From NCBI GenBank assembly GCA_050633305.1, contig JBOEGF010000010.1, positions 320,001-384,000 of the forward strand: a stretch of DNA of 64,000 nucleotides. Direction: 5' to 3'. Position 1 is the first letter of the stretch; each line of letters begins with the position of its first letter. The translations under genes were made by a program, and so were the position numbers. The notes under the pieces are model-generated. The model was not told the origin of the DNA and ran no database searches. It worked only from the letters and a program-made list of their open reading frames with translations. Of the stretch, positions 9,298 to 17,910 are shown in pieces. Origin of the DNA: Nannocystales bacterium (lineage in GTDB: Bacteria > Myxococcota_A > Polyangia > Nannocystales > Nannocystaceae).

Positions 9298-11238
9298 ATG
9301 GAACTCGATCCCGAACGCGCTGCGTTGACGCTCGACATCGCAGGCGACGCTTCCGAGCAGGTCCACCGGGCCTGGAGTCGCGCGCGCGCGATGGGAGTCG
9401 ACCCGTCAGGCATCGGCCACGTCGAGAGTATCGACGTGGGAAGCGGGCTCGCGGTTCGTCAGCTGTCGATGCAGCACCTGGTGCGTTCCGGCCAATCGGT
9501 TCTGGATGACTTGGCTCGGGACTTGGCCCATCGGCATTTCGCATTGTTGCTCGCGGACTGCGACGGTGTGGTTCTGCATCGGATGGGCGGCGGCGAGTTT
9601 GAGGCCACGGCAGATCATGTCCGACTGATCGAAGGGGCTCATTGGGCGGAGTCCGTCCGAGGCACGAACGCGATCGGGACGGCGCTGGCCGAGAACGCGC
9701 CGGTCAGTGTTCTTGGCGGTGCCCACTACGCACAGCCCAACCAGGCCCTCGTTTGTTACGCCAGCCCGATTCGGGATCCTGGAGGCCAGACGGTCGCCGT
9801 GCTCGATGCTACGGGCGCAATGCCCAACGCCGACGCTTCGGTCAGCGCCGCGGTTCGGTCCGCCGCGACGGCGCTGGAGGATCGGCTGCGCTTGGAGCTT
9901 TGGCCGCAGCGGGGCCCCAACTCGCTGAGGGTCCTTCAGCAAACGCTGCAACGCTGCGCTGTTCCTGCATTTGTCGTCGAGCGTCCGGGGACCGTTCGGG
10001 CTTCCAACTCGTCGGCAGTGGCGCTGCTGGGTCGAGCGACCGCGGCGCGTCTCGACGCGTTGCTCGGCCTCTCCTGGTCCGACCTCGAGCGACTGATTCA
10101 GACCGGAGACCTGCCTCAGTGCGCAGCCGGGCGGCTCGCTCACGCGTTTCCCCATCAGCAACTGCACGTCGAGCCAGTTCTCGATCTGCACGGAGATGTC
10201 TGGGCGGCGGTCGTGTTCCTCGAGCCCCTGCCGGTCCTCCGGCGAATCCGGCCCGCCTCATCGACCACGCCGACGCTGCCTTCGGCGTTCGCACGTATCT
10301 GTGGCTCCGACCCCGGGCTGAAGGCGGTGCTGCAGCACGCGGCCTTGGTTGCCGAGACAACGTTGCCCATCCTGATCCGCGCCGAGACCGGCACCGGCAA
10401 GGAGCTGCTCGCCGCTGCTGTGCATCACGCCAGCGACCGCGCGGATGAGCCGATGGTGTCGCTCAACTGCGGTGCTGTGCAGCCAGAGCTCATGGCCAGT
10501 GAGCTGTTTGGCTATGCTCCGGGCGCGTACACAGGCGCGGATCCCAAAGGCCGAGAGGGCACCGTCGCGGCGGCAGCTGGGGGCACGTTGTTCCTCGACG
10601 AGCTCGCGGACATGCCCAAGGCGCTCCAGGTGTTGCTGCTGCGGTTTTTGGAGAGTGGCAGCTACCAACGGGTCGGCGAGTCAAAGCTGCGGCACGTCAA
10701 CGTCCGCCTCGTCTGTGCGACGTGCCGTGACCTCGACGCGCTTGTGGAGTCCGGCGAGTTTCGTCGCGACCTCTACTTCCGCATCAAGGGGGCGTGCCTT
10801 CGCCTTCCGCCGCTGCGGGCTCGTGACGACCTCGCGGAGCTCGCCAACGAGCTCCTCGACGAGCTGGCGGATGCCGAGTCGCTCGATCCCCGACCCCGCT
10901 TGTCCGAGCAGGCTCTGCTTCGGCTCCAGGGTCACGATTGGCCGGGGAACACTCGAGAGCTCAAGATGGTGCTTCATCACGCCCTTGCGCTGACTCGGGG
11001 ACGGACAGACATCGGTGCGGACGACATCCCGCTGCCTCAGGTCTCTTCGAGGCCGTCGGTCGTCCCGGGAGCCGAGCCGGGTTCGATGCACGACCACAAG
11101 CGTGCCGCGTTGGCTCAAGCGCTCTGCGATGCAAACGGAAACGTCTCCGCTGCGGCACGAGCCCTCGGTGTGGCTCGCAGTACCATCTATCGACAGCTAC
11201 AGCGCTACGGCTTGCTGAGCGGTGTCGACGGATCCTGA
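9298..11238 (+). CDS. GAF-domain sigma54-dependent activator, AcoR-like (GAF-AAA+-Fis HTH)
   Basis: [18 protein letters not shown] motif, ETGTGKE Walker [29 protein letters not shown] and [21 protein letters not shown]. Confidence 0.93.
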   Translation: MELDPERAALTLDIAGDASEQVHRAWSRARAMGVDPSGIGHVESIDVGSGLAVRQLSMQHLVRSGQSVLDDLARDLAHRHFALLLADCDGVVLHRMGGGEFEATADHVRLIEGAHWAESVRGTNAIGTALAENAPVSVLGGAHYAQPNQALVCYASPIRDPGGQTVAVLDATGAMPNADASVSAAVRSAATALEDRLRLELWPQRGPNSLRVLQQTLQRCAVPAFVVERPGTVRASNSSAVALLGRATAARLDALLGLSWSDLERLIQTGDLPQCAAGRLAHAFPHQQLHVEPVLDLHGDVWAAVVFLEPLPVLRRIRPASSTTPTLPSAFARICGSDPGLKAVLQHAALVAETTLPILIRAETGTGKELLAAAVHHASDRADEPMVSLNCGAVQPELMASELFGYAPGAYTGADPKGREGTVAAAAGGTLFLDELADMPKALQVLLLRFLESGSYQRVGESKLRHVNVRLVCATCRDLDALVESGEFRRDLYFRIKGACLRLPPLRARDDLAELANELLDELADAESLDPRPRLSEQALLRLQGHDWPGNTRELKMVLHHALALTRGRTDIGADDIPLPQVSSRPSVVPGAEPGSMHDHKRAALAQALCDANGNVSAAARALGVARSTIYRQLQRYGLLSGVDGS

Positions 11239-11283
11239 GCGCGTGGCCGAGCTCTGATGCGCCCCGCCCGTCGCCCACGGGGT

Positions 11284-12033
11284 TCAGCTCATCGAGGCGC
11301 CGCCGTCGACGTCGATGGTGCGACCGTTGAAGTAGTCGCATTCGAGCACGAAGCGAACCGCGCACCAGATGTCCTGCGGGGTGCCGATGCGGCCGACCGG
11401 GATTCCTGCAACGAGCGCGTCACGGGCCTTCTGGTTCATGCCCTGTGTCATGGGAGTTTCGACCATGCCTGGGGCCACCGCGCCCACGCGGACCCCCATC
11501 GGCGCAAATTCGCGGGCCCAAGTCACGGTGTTCGCGGCGAGAGCGGCCTTCGTCGCGACGTAGTTGCTCTGACCGCGGCTGCCGTGCCGGGAAATACTGG
11601 AGATATTCACGACCACGCCGCCGGCGACCTCGGTCTGCAAAGCGTTGAGGGCAAAGGCACGTGTCATGAACATGGCGCCGGTGAGGTTCACCGCGAGGAC
11701 CGAGTTCCACGCCTCGGTGCTCATGGTGGATAGCTCGCCGGTTCTTCGACTGCGCTTGGCAAGCAGACCATCACGGATGATGCCCGCGTTGTTGATCAGG
11801 CCGTTGACGCCACTCAGCTCGTCCTGCGCCCATTGAACAAACGCGTCGCAGTCGGCCTCGTCGGTCACGTCCAGCCTTCGCTTCGCGACATTGTCGGGAA
11901 GCGATGCGAGTCCCTCGGTATCGACGTCGCCCGCGGCGACCTGCGCTCCGGCTTCTGCGAGTTGGGTTGCAAAGTGGGCGCCCATGCCTCGGCCGGCTCC
12001 CGTGACGATGATCTTCAGTTGGTCCAGTTGCAT
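11284..12033 (-). CDS. SDR oxidoreductase, FabG-like; probable acetoacetyl/3-oxoacyl-CoA reductase (PhaB role) by context
   Basis: TGAGRGMG, NNAG, NISS, YVATK and VAPG; lies downstream of phaR and the phasin-like gene. Confidence 0.85.
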   Translation of the reverse strand: MQLDQLKIIVTGAGRGMGAHFATQLAEAGAQVAAGDVDTEGLASLPDNVAKRRLDVTDEADCDAFVQWAQDELSGVNGLINNAGIIRDGLLAKRSRRTGELSTMSTEAWNSVLAVNLTGAMFMTRAFALNALQTEVAGGVVVNISSISRHGSRGQSNYVATKAALAANTVTWAREFAPMGVRVGAVAPGMVETPMTQGMNQKARDALVAGIPVGRIGTPQDIWCAVRFVLECDYFNGRTIDVDGGASMS

Positions 12034-12117
12034 CGGTGATCCTTCTTGTGCGTGTCGATGAAACGCGTGCGCCGCTCCGTCGAGCGGCGCACTACGGGGG
12101 CGTCGCTCGTCCGAGCG

Positions 12118-12444
12118 CTAGCTGTTGCTGTTGGCAAACGCGCTCATCGTGCGGCGCGAGGCGGTCATGCCAAGGTTCATCCACTGCTGGCTGAGCTGGA
12201 TGCCGTAGTTCATCGATGCCTTGACGACCTCGGTCATCTCGTCGGCGGCCTCGCGGGTCCGACGAAGGTTGGCTTCCTGCGCCTTGGCGAGGTCGTCGAG
12301 GCCCTGCGTAACCAGGGCGCGTTGATCCTGCAGGGTCTCGGTCATAGGAGACCACATTTGTTGCGCCTGCGAAAAGAAATCCCGCACTGCGTCATTTGCA
12401 GCCGAGGTGGTAGACGCGCCAGAGGACGGCTTCTGAGCTTCCAT
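12118..12444 (-). CDS. Phasin-like (PhaP) small helical protein (alternative start TTG 12480)
   Basis: About 108 aa, Ala/Gln/Met-rich and amphipathic-helical; sits between phaR and the SDR, with a PhaR-type operator upstream. Confidence 0.65.
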   Translation of the reverse strand: MEAQKPSSGASTTSAANDAVRDFFSQAQQMWSPMTETLQDQRALVTQGLDDLAKAQEANLRRTREAADEMTEVVKASMNYGIQLSQQWMNLGMTASRRTMSAFANSNS

Positions 12445-12487
12445 GAGCTGAGAAGTAGTCAGTCTAGGCTGGCCTGTCAATTCAATT

Positions 12488-12502
12488 TTGTGCGGTGCAC
12501 AA
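12488..12502. promoter_or_regulatory. PhaR-type operator upstream of the phasin-like gene
   Basis: Perfect inverted repeat TTGTGC-GGT-GCACAA in an AT-rich patch, with a TGC-N3-GCA core. A TTGACA lies on the minus strand at 12480-12475. Confidence 0.75.
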
Positions 12503-12504
12503 TT

Positions 12505-13065
12505 TTACGTGGCGTCGTCTCCACCCCGGACCGCTCGCTTCAGCTCCTCGAGTTCCGCCCGCAACGCTTGGAGGTCATCACTCACGCTGGGCGACTCCTG
12601 CTCAGTCGGCGGGGGGGGAGGTGCGGTCGGGGGCGAGGGGGTGGATGCTGGCGGAGCCTGTCCCGGCCAAAACGGTGCGCCCGCGAACATGCGGGCGAAA
12701 GGGCCACCTGCTCCCCAGGGCCCAGATCCGAAAGGGAGCATTGAACCGAGAGTTTGCCCCCCACTCTTCACGCTCAGGTAGACGTCTAGAGCCCAAGTGA
12801 CGTAGCTGGAGAAGAATTCGGCGATGGCGTCATCCTGCATCCGCAGCAGGCGGTGAAGAAGACCCACAGGCAAGAGCTTGGCGGTGGGACTCTCGAGAAT
12901 GAGCTGCGTCAGCGTCATCTGGGTAAGGTCATCACCCGATTTTGCGTCCACGACTCGGACCTCTTCCCCGTCGCGGATCTTGGTCGCGAGTTCGTCGAGC
13001 GTGATGTATCGGCTCAGCCCCGTGTCGTAGAGGCGCCGGTTGCTGTACTTCTTAATGATCGTCAC
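12505..13065 (-). CDS. phaR: PHA synthesis repressor PhaR
   Basis: IIKKYSNRRLYDT...YITLDEL...VRVVDAKSGDDLT...LTQLILE is the PhaR N-terminal DNA-binding domain. GTG 13065 has GGAG upstream. Confidence 0.9.
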   Translation of the reverse strand: MTIIKKYSNRRLYDTGLSRYITLDELATKIRDGEEVRVVDAKSGDDLTQMTLTQLILESPTAKLLPVGLLHRLLRMQDDAIAEFFSSYVTWALDVYLSVKSGGQTLGSMLPFGSGPWGAGGPFARMFAGAPFWPGQAPPASTPSPPTAPPPPPTEQESPSVSDDLQALRAELEELKRAVRGGDDAT

Positions 13066-13081
13066 GCCGAGGAACTCCGTG

Positions 13082-13094
13082 CTGTGCGCCGCAA
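13082..13094. promoter_or_regulatory. PhaR-type operator upstream of phaR (autoregulation)
   Basis: CTGTGC-GCC-GCAA, about 20 bp upstream of the phaR start. Confidence 0.6.
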
Positions 13095-13171
13095 TATCCC
13101 ACTGGCGCTTCACAATGGTCAACTCTCGCTGCGTGCCTTGCGAAGTGGACTCAGTGCCATCCCAGTGGCAC

Positions 13172-13228
13172 TTGACGGCGCGGTGAACACCCCGATAGTC
13201 TCCGGCGGGCTAATGGTGCAGCGCAGCA
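13172..13228 (+). promoter_or_regulatory. Putative sigma70 promoter plus PhaR-type operator for the rightward operon
   Basis: TTGACG (13172-77), 18 nt, TAGTCT (13196-201), then TGC-AGC-GCA-GCA at 13217-13228 over the first codons. Confidence 0.55.
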
Positions 13229-14187
13229 TATTCGGTTCGAGGCTGACGCTTCTTCTGGTCCTCTCGGGGTGTGGGGACGACGCGTCGGCGTGTGTCGTGG
13301 GTGCCGACTGCCCTTCGGGCCAGTGCAGCGCTCAGGGCGAGTGCGTGCCCGTCGCTGGCACATCGTCATCCGGCGAGCTGGGCTCATCGGGCGCAGAGAC
13401 TTCGACGGGGTCGAGCACCACCGCCGAGAGCGACGACGCCTCCGGGGGGGTGGACGAGAGCAGCACAACCTCCTCGGGTCCGGCGGATTGCATGCCGCCC
13501 AACGGAGATGGCGTCATCGAGCGGGGCGAGCTGCGGTTCGAGCCAGACCTGCAGGTCAACTACCGTGCGGCCCAGGCGGTCACGTTTGATACGGCTGGCT
13601 CGACGATCGACGGTGAAACCGTCTGGGACATGTCGGTCGAGTTTCCGGGGGACCACACGAGCAGTGGTGAGTTTCTGTCGGTCGAAGGGCAGTGGTTCGA
13701 GCCGTCATTCCCAGGGGCCACGTATGCGACGCGTTTGACGGATGCCGATGACTTGCTCGGGGTGTTTGAGGCCACGGACAGCGCGTTGACCCTACGCGGG
13801 GTGGTCTCGCCGGTCGGCGGCGCTCAGCGGACCGAGCTCGTCTACGACCCTCCGGTGACGGTCCTGAGCTTTCCGCTGGTGCAGGGCAAGGCTTGGGAGT
13901 CGGACGCCAACGTCACGGGGGTCGCGCTGGGCATTCCGACGGGCTACACAGAGAACTACCAGAATCGGATCGACGCGTCGGGCACGTTGCGGACACCCTT
14001 CGGCGACTACGAGGTCTTGCGTGTGGGCGTCGTGCTGACGCGGACCTTTGGCATCGTCCCCACCGTCGTACGGACCTTCGCGTTTGTCAGTGAGTGCGTC
14101 GGAACGGTGGGCAGCGTGCGTTCCAATGACAACGAGGACTCGCCCGAGTTCACACAGGTGGCGGAAGTCCGGAGGATCGACCCTTGA
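13213..14187 (+). CDS. Lipoprotein A of unknown function (paralogue of 16753-17589)
   Basis: Lipobox LVLSG-C, small Cys-rich domain, Ser/Thr linker, then a beta-rich domain from CMPPNGDGVI to ECVGTVG...EFTQVAEVRRI. Confidence 0.8.
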   Translation: MVQRSIFGSRLTLLLVLSGCGDDASACVVGADCPSGQCSAQGECVPVAGTSSSGELGSSGAETSTGSSTTAESDDASGGVDESSTTSSGPADCMPPNGDGVIERGELRFEPDLQVNYRAAQAVTFDTAGSTIDGETVWDMSVEFPGDHTSSGEFLSVEGQWFEPSFPGATYATRLTDADDLLGVFEATDSALTLRGVVSPVGGAQRTELVYDPPVTVLSFPLVQGKAWESDANVTGVALGIPTGYTENYQNRIDASGTLRTPFGDYEVLRVGVVLTRTFGIVPTVVRTFAFVSECVGTVGSVRSNDNEDSPEFTQVAEVRRIDP

Positions 14188-15167
14188 AACGACTCGCAGC
14201 CGCGGCGGCGGGAATGCTGTTGGGTGGCTGCCTCCATTTTCATGATGGTCCGCTGCCGAACGAGCCGGCGGATGCTCGTTTCGCCGATGTGCAGGACGCT
14301 CGTGTACGGTTTGTCGACGAAGGCCAGGGGCCTGCAGTCGTCTTGATCCACGGATTCGCGAGTTCGCTGGAGAACTGGGACCCCGTGCTCGAGGACCTCC
14401 TCGAGGGACACCGGGTCCTCGCGCTGGATCTCAAGGGGTTCGGCTGGACGGACCGGCCCGAGGGGGACTACTCGCCCTCGGCCCAAGCCGCGCTGGTGTT
14501 TGCACTCATGGATCAACGGGGCATCGAGCGAGCCGCCGTCGTGGGCCACTCTTGGGGGTCTTCGGTCGTGTTGGCGATGGCGCTCGATCAACCCGAGCGT
14601 GTCGAGCGTATCGCGCTGTACGACGCGTGGGTGTTCGAGGAGCAGCTGCCTCCGATGTTCGTCTGGGCCCGGGCGAAGGGCCTCGGGGAGCTGCTGTTCC
14701 GGTTGTTCTACTTGGAACGACCCGACGACAAGGTTGAGCTGGCCTATCACGACCGCTCGGTCGTCTCGCAGGATCACGTCGAGGCGATCGAGCAGGCCCA
14801 AGCCCGACCCGGCACCACCGCCGCCGCACTCGCAGCGGTACGCGGTCAGCGGTACGCGGAGGTGCAGCGGCACTACCACGAGATCGAGCAGCCGGTGCTC
14901 CTCCTGTGGGGCCGCGAGGACAGGATCACACTGCTCGAGGACGGCGAACGCTTGGCCGGGACGCTGCCCAACGCCGAGCTCCGAGTGTATCCCAACTGCG
15001 GGCACTTCCCGATGCGTGAGGCCGAGCCGGCGTCCACGCGCGCGCTCGTCGACTTCCTCGCACCGGCTAGAACCAAGATGCCGGAACCAGAGGTGACTGC
15101 GGAGCCGGAATCCACACCACCACAGGCCGAGCTCCAGCCTGCCGAGGTTGCGGGAGTTGTGCCATGA
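14184..15167 (+). CDS. Lipoprotein alpha/beta-fold serine hydrolase (esterase/lipase-like)
   Basis: Lipobox LLGG-C, HGF oxyanion loop, DLKGFG, nucleophile GHSWG, WGREDRIT and CGHFP. TTGA overlap with the upstream gene. Confidence 0.88.
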   Translation: MKRLAAAAAGMLLGGCLHFHDGPLPNEPADARFADVQDARVRFVDEGQGPAVVLIHGFASSLENWDPVLEDLLEGHRVLALDLKGFGWTDRPEGDYSPSAQAALVFALMDQRGIERAAVVGHSWGSSVVLAMALDQPERVERIALYDAWVFEEQLPPMFVWARAKGLGELLFRLFYLERPDDKVELAYHDRSVVSQDHVEAIEQAQARPGTTAAALAAVRGQRYAEVQRHYHEIEQPVLLLWGREDRITLLEDGERLAGTLPNAELRVYPNCGHFPMREAEPASTRALVDFLAPARTKMPEPEVTAEPESTPPQAELQPAEVAGVVP

Positions 15168-16750
15168 CGCCTGTCGTCTCCGCACTCCTCTCGACGTTGG
15201 CGCTGGCGCCCGCGCCCGAGGCGGACGAGCCGACCACCCAGGGGCTTGGGAACTACGGTGTCTCGCTTGGCCAACGCCGAGCCAAGGTGTGGGAGATCGG
15301 CGGCTATGCCCGGATGCGCGGCGAGCTGCAGCACAACTACGACCTCGATCACGGGCCCACGCCCGGCGGCCAGCTGCTCTATCCACTGCCGCTGGGCAAC
15401 CCGAGGCGCCAACTCCTGACCCGGGCGGATATGCGTTTGCGAACGGACCTTTCCGCCCACGCGCCTCGTGGTTGGGTCTCGATGAACGTTCGCTTGGATG
15501 TTCTCGACAACTTCGCGCTGGGCTCTTCTCCCGCGGGCGTGCCTGCGGCCACGGCGACCCAGGTGTCCGGGGCGGAGGTCATCCGGGTGAAACGAGTGTT
15601 CGCGCAGGTGCTCACGCCGCTGGGCGTCATCGCGGTCGGTCGGATGGGGAACCACTGGGGCCTGGGTATGCTGGCCAACAGCGGGGACTGCTCGGGTTGC
15701 GACAGCAGCGATGCATCCGATCGCATCGCGTGGGCACTGCCTGCGTTCAAGCATGTGTTTGCGTTGGCCTACGACATCTCTGCGTCTGGCCCCTTCGTCT
15801 CCGACGCCGCCGGCACCCGTGCCATTGGAGTCGCGCCCCGGGCAGCGGTGCACTCGGTCACAGGAGCGCTCCTGCGGAGTCGCTCTCCCAACTCACTCGC
15901 GCGCCGTCGGGCCGGCGGGCGGTTGACCTTCGAGTACGGCGCCTATGGGTCTTATCGGTGGCAGAACTTGGACGTTCCGAGCACCTACCTTCCGCTGGCC
16001 AGCGCTGCGCCCGAACTCGATCGCGGCCAACTGATGATCCGCGGGTACCAGGCCGCGGCGGCCGACGGATGGCTTCGATTGACAGGCAAGTGGTTTCGGG
16101 TCGAGACCGAAGGTGCGTTCCTGTGGGCAAACGTCGAGCAGCCGTCGCTGATCCCAGGCGTGTCTCTTCCACGCCCCGCGACGTCGAGGCAGGGCGGGGT
16201 TGCGCTGGAGAATGAAGTCGGGGAAGTCAATGGGCGGTGGAGCGTGGGGCTCGATCTCGGGTTCGCCAGCGGCGATCGTGCACCAGGGTTCGGGGCGTAT
16301 CCGGCCGTCAACGGAGCCGCGCCCGTGCCTGGGGATCTCGACGGCGCACAGGCGACGCCTCCGTACGACAACGCGGTGAACAACTTTCGGTTCCACTCCG
16401 ACTACCGTGTCGATCGCATCCTCTTTCGCGAGATCATCGGCACGGTCACAGACGCAACGTACGTGCGTCCACATGCCCGGTACACGGCGTGGCGGGGGCC
16501 AACAGGGCAACTCGACATCAACCTCGCGGGCGTGTTCTCAGCCGCGGTCGAGCCAACATCGACACCGGGCCAACAGCGACCTCTCGGTGTGGAGCTCGAC
16601 CCCTCCATCGTCTTTCGCACCAACTTCGCGCTCGAGGCAGCATTCGAGCCGGCGCTCCTCATACCCCTGTCTGGCCTCGACAACGTCGCGGCTGGCTACG
16701 CCGCCAAGCCTGCGCAGCTGTACCGCGCCCGCTTGCAGTTCAACTTCTAA
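15164..16750 (+). CDS. Outer-membrane beta-barrel protein, resembling myxobacterial TIGR04551-type proteins
   Basis: Signal peptide, alternating amphipathic strands (GYARMRGEL, DMRLRTD, GRMGNHWGLGMLANSG, NFRFHSDYRVDRILFREIIG) and C-terminal LQFNF. ATGA overlap. Confidence 0.78.
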   Translation: MTPVVSALLSTLALAPAPEADEPTTQGLGNYGVSLGQRRAKVWEIGGYARMRGELQHNYDLDHGPTPGGQLLYPLPLGNPRRQLLTRADMRLRTDLSAHAPRGWVSMNVRLDVLDNFALGSSPAGVPAATATQVSGAEVIRVKRVFAQVLTPLGVIAVGRMGNHWGLGMLANSGDCSGCDSSDASDRIAWALPAFKHVFALAYDISASGPFVSDAAGTRAIGVAPRAAVHSVTGALLRSRSPNSLARRRAGGRLTFEYGAYGSYRWQNLDVPSTYLPLASAAPELDRGQLMIRGYQAAAADGWLRLTGKWFRVETEGAFLWANVEQPSLIPGVSLPRPATSRQGGVALENEVGEVNGRWSVGLDLGFASGDRAPGFGAYPAVNGAAPVPGDLDGAQATPPYDNAVNNFRFHSDYRVDRILFREIIGTVTDATYVRPHARYTAWRGPTGQLDINLAGVFSAAVEPTSTPGQQRPLGVELDPSIVFRTNFALEAAFEPALLIPLSGLDNVAAGYAAKPAQLYRARLQFNF

Positions 16751-16752
16751 CG

Positions 16753-17589
16753 ATGTCTGTCTTTCGCTCTGTGTTGCTCGCTGGCCTCGCCCTCGCAGGA
16801 TGTGATGGCAATGGTGCGCTTCCGCCGGACCGTCCGCTCTACGAAGGTGAGGATGAAGTCCCGCTGGACTGCATTCCCAACCTCGATGGTGTGATCGACG
16901 CCCACGAGCTGCCGCTGGTGCTCGGCGCTGAGGTCACGTACCTCGTGTCTCCTCCCGGAGAGCTTCGAACCGTCGATATCGAAGGAGCAGGGGAGAGCAC
17001 GACGCGGGGTTGGGACTGGTCGGTCGACCTGGCCGACGATCAACTCGCGCGCATCTCCGCCTTCTCCACCGAGGAGCGCTGGTACGCCGACCGTTTTCCC
17101 CCCGATGCTTTCGTGGCCCCCTTTGACGACGGCGGAAGTACGGAGACCATCTCGCGTCGGGACGACGACGGACTCTACGTCCTTGGGATTGCCTCGCGTG
17201 AGTCGGACCCACCGACCGGCCGAACACTGCTGATCTACGACGAGCCGATCCCGTTGATCCGGTTTCCCGTCGAGACGGGCACGAAATACTCGTCCTCTGC
17301 GAACGTGCAGGATGCGGTCTTTCACGGGATCCCGTACGCCGCCCGGGACACGTACGAGGTTGAGGTCTCGGCGGTGGGCGAGCTGCGGCTGCCCACCCTT
17401 TCGTTCTCTCAGGCCCACCAAGTTCGGATTCAGCTCACCGTAGAGCCTGCGCTGGGGGAGACCACCTCGGTTCGACAAGTCAGCTACTTCTTCGAATGCT
17501 TCGGAGAGGTCGCACGCGCCACCAGCCAGCTGGACGAGCCTGACCCCAACTTCACCGAGGCCGCCGAAGTGCGACGCCTTGGCTACTGA
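16753..17589 (+). CDS. Lipoprotein B of unknown function (paralogue of 13213-14187)
   Basis: Lipobox LALAG-C; CIPNLDGVI, LIYDEPIPLIRFPV and ECFGEVA...NFTEAAEVRRL mirror lipoprotein A. Confidence 0.82.
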   Translation: MSVFRSVLLAGLALAGCDGNGALPPDRPLYEGEDEVPLDCIPNLDGVIDAHELPLVLGAEVTYLVSPPGELRTVDIEGAGESTTRGWDWSVDLADDQLARISAFSTEERWYADRFPPDAFVAPFDDGGSTETISRRDDDGLYVLGIASRESDPPTGRTLLIYDEPIPLIRFPVETGTKYSSSANVQDAVFHGIPYAARDTYEVEVSAVGELRLPTLSFSQAHQVRIQLTVEPALGETTSVRQVSYFFECFGEVARATSQLDEPDPNFTEAAEVRRLGY

Positions 17590-17610
17590 ACGCCGCCCAC
17601 GGAGCCCACC

Positions 17611-17910
17611 ATGAACCTCTGGAAAACCTGGAAGACCGCCTTCGACGGTTGGGAAAACAACACTGCACAGTTGCTGGACCCCATCGTCCGAAGTGCGCGG
17701 GTGTTGGAGCCCGTCGGCTCTGCGTTGAGCGCCACCATGAAGCTCAAGGCGATGACCGATCGAGTCGCGGCAGCGTGGTGGGGGGCGATCGGTTTGCCCA
17801 CGCGGCGAGATCAGGAGCGTGCGTTGCACAAGCTCAACACGCTGGAGAGCCGTATCCTCGACCTCGAGGAGCAGCTCGAGGACGCGGGTTCCGCTCGGGA
17901 GGGGAAGTGA
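17611..17910 (+). CDS. Small PhaE-like / class IV PhaR-like PHA synthase accessory subunit
   Basis: GGAG RBS; helical protein with GLPTRRDQERALHKLNTLESRILDLEEQL, resembling the PhaE C-terminal motif and coiled coil; upstream of phaC. Confidence 0.7.
   Translation: MNLWKTWKTAFDGWENNTAQLLDPIVRSARVLEPVGSALSATMKLKAMTDRVAAAWWGAIGLPTRRDQERALHKLNTLESRILDLEEQLEDAGSAREGK

Noticed and set aside
8611..9366. Apparent overlap of extended aldB and activator ORFs
   Set aside because: Starts at 9060 (-) and 9298 (+) fit the RBS and family length and leave a regulatory gap containing the sigma54 promoter.
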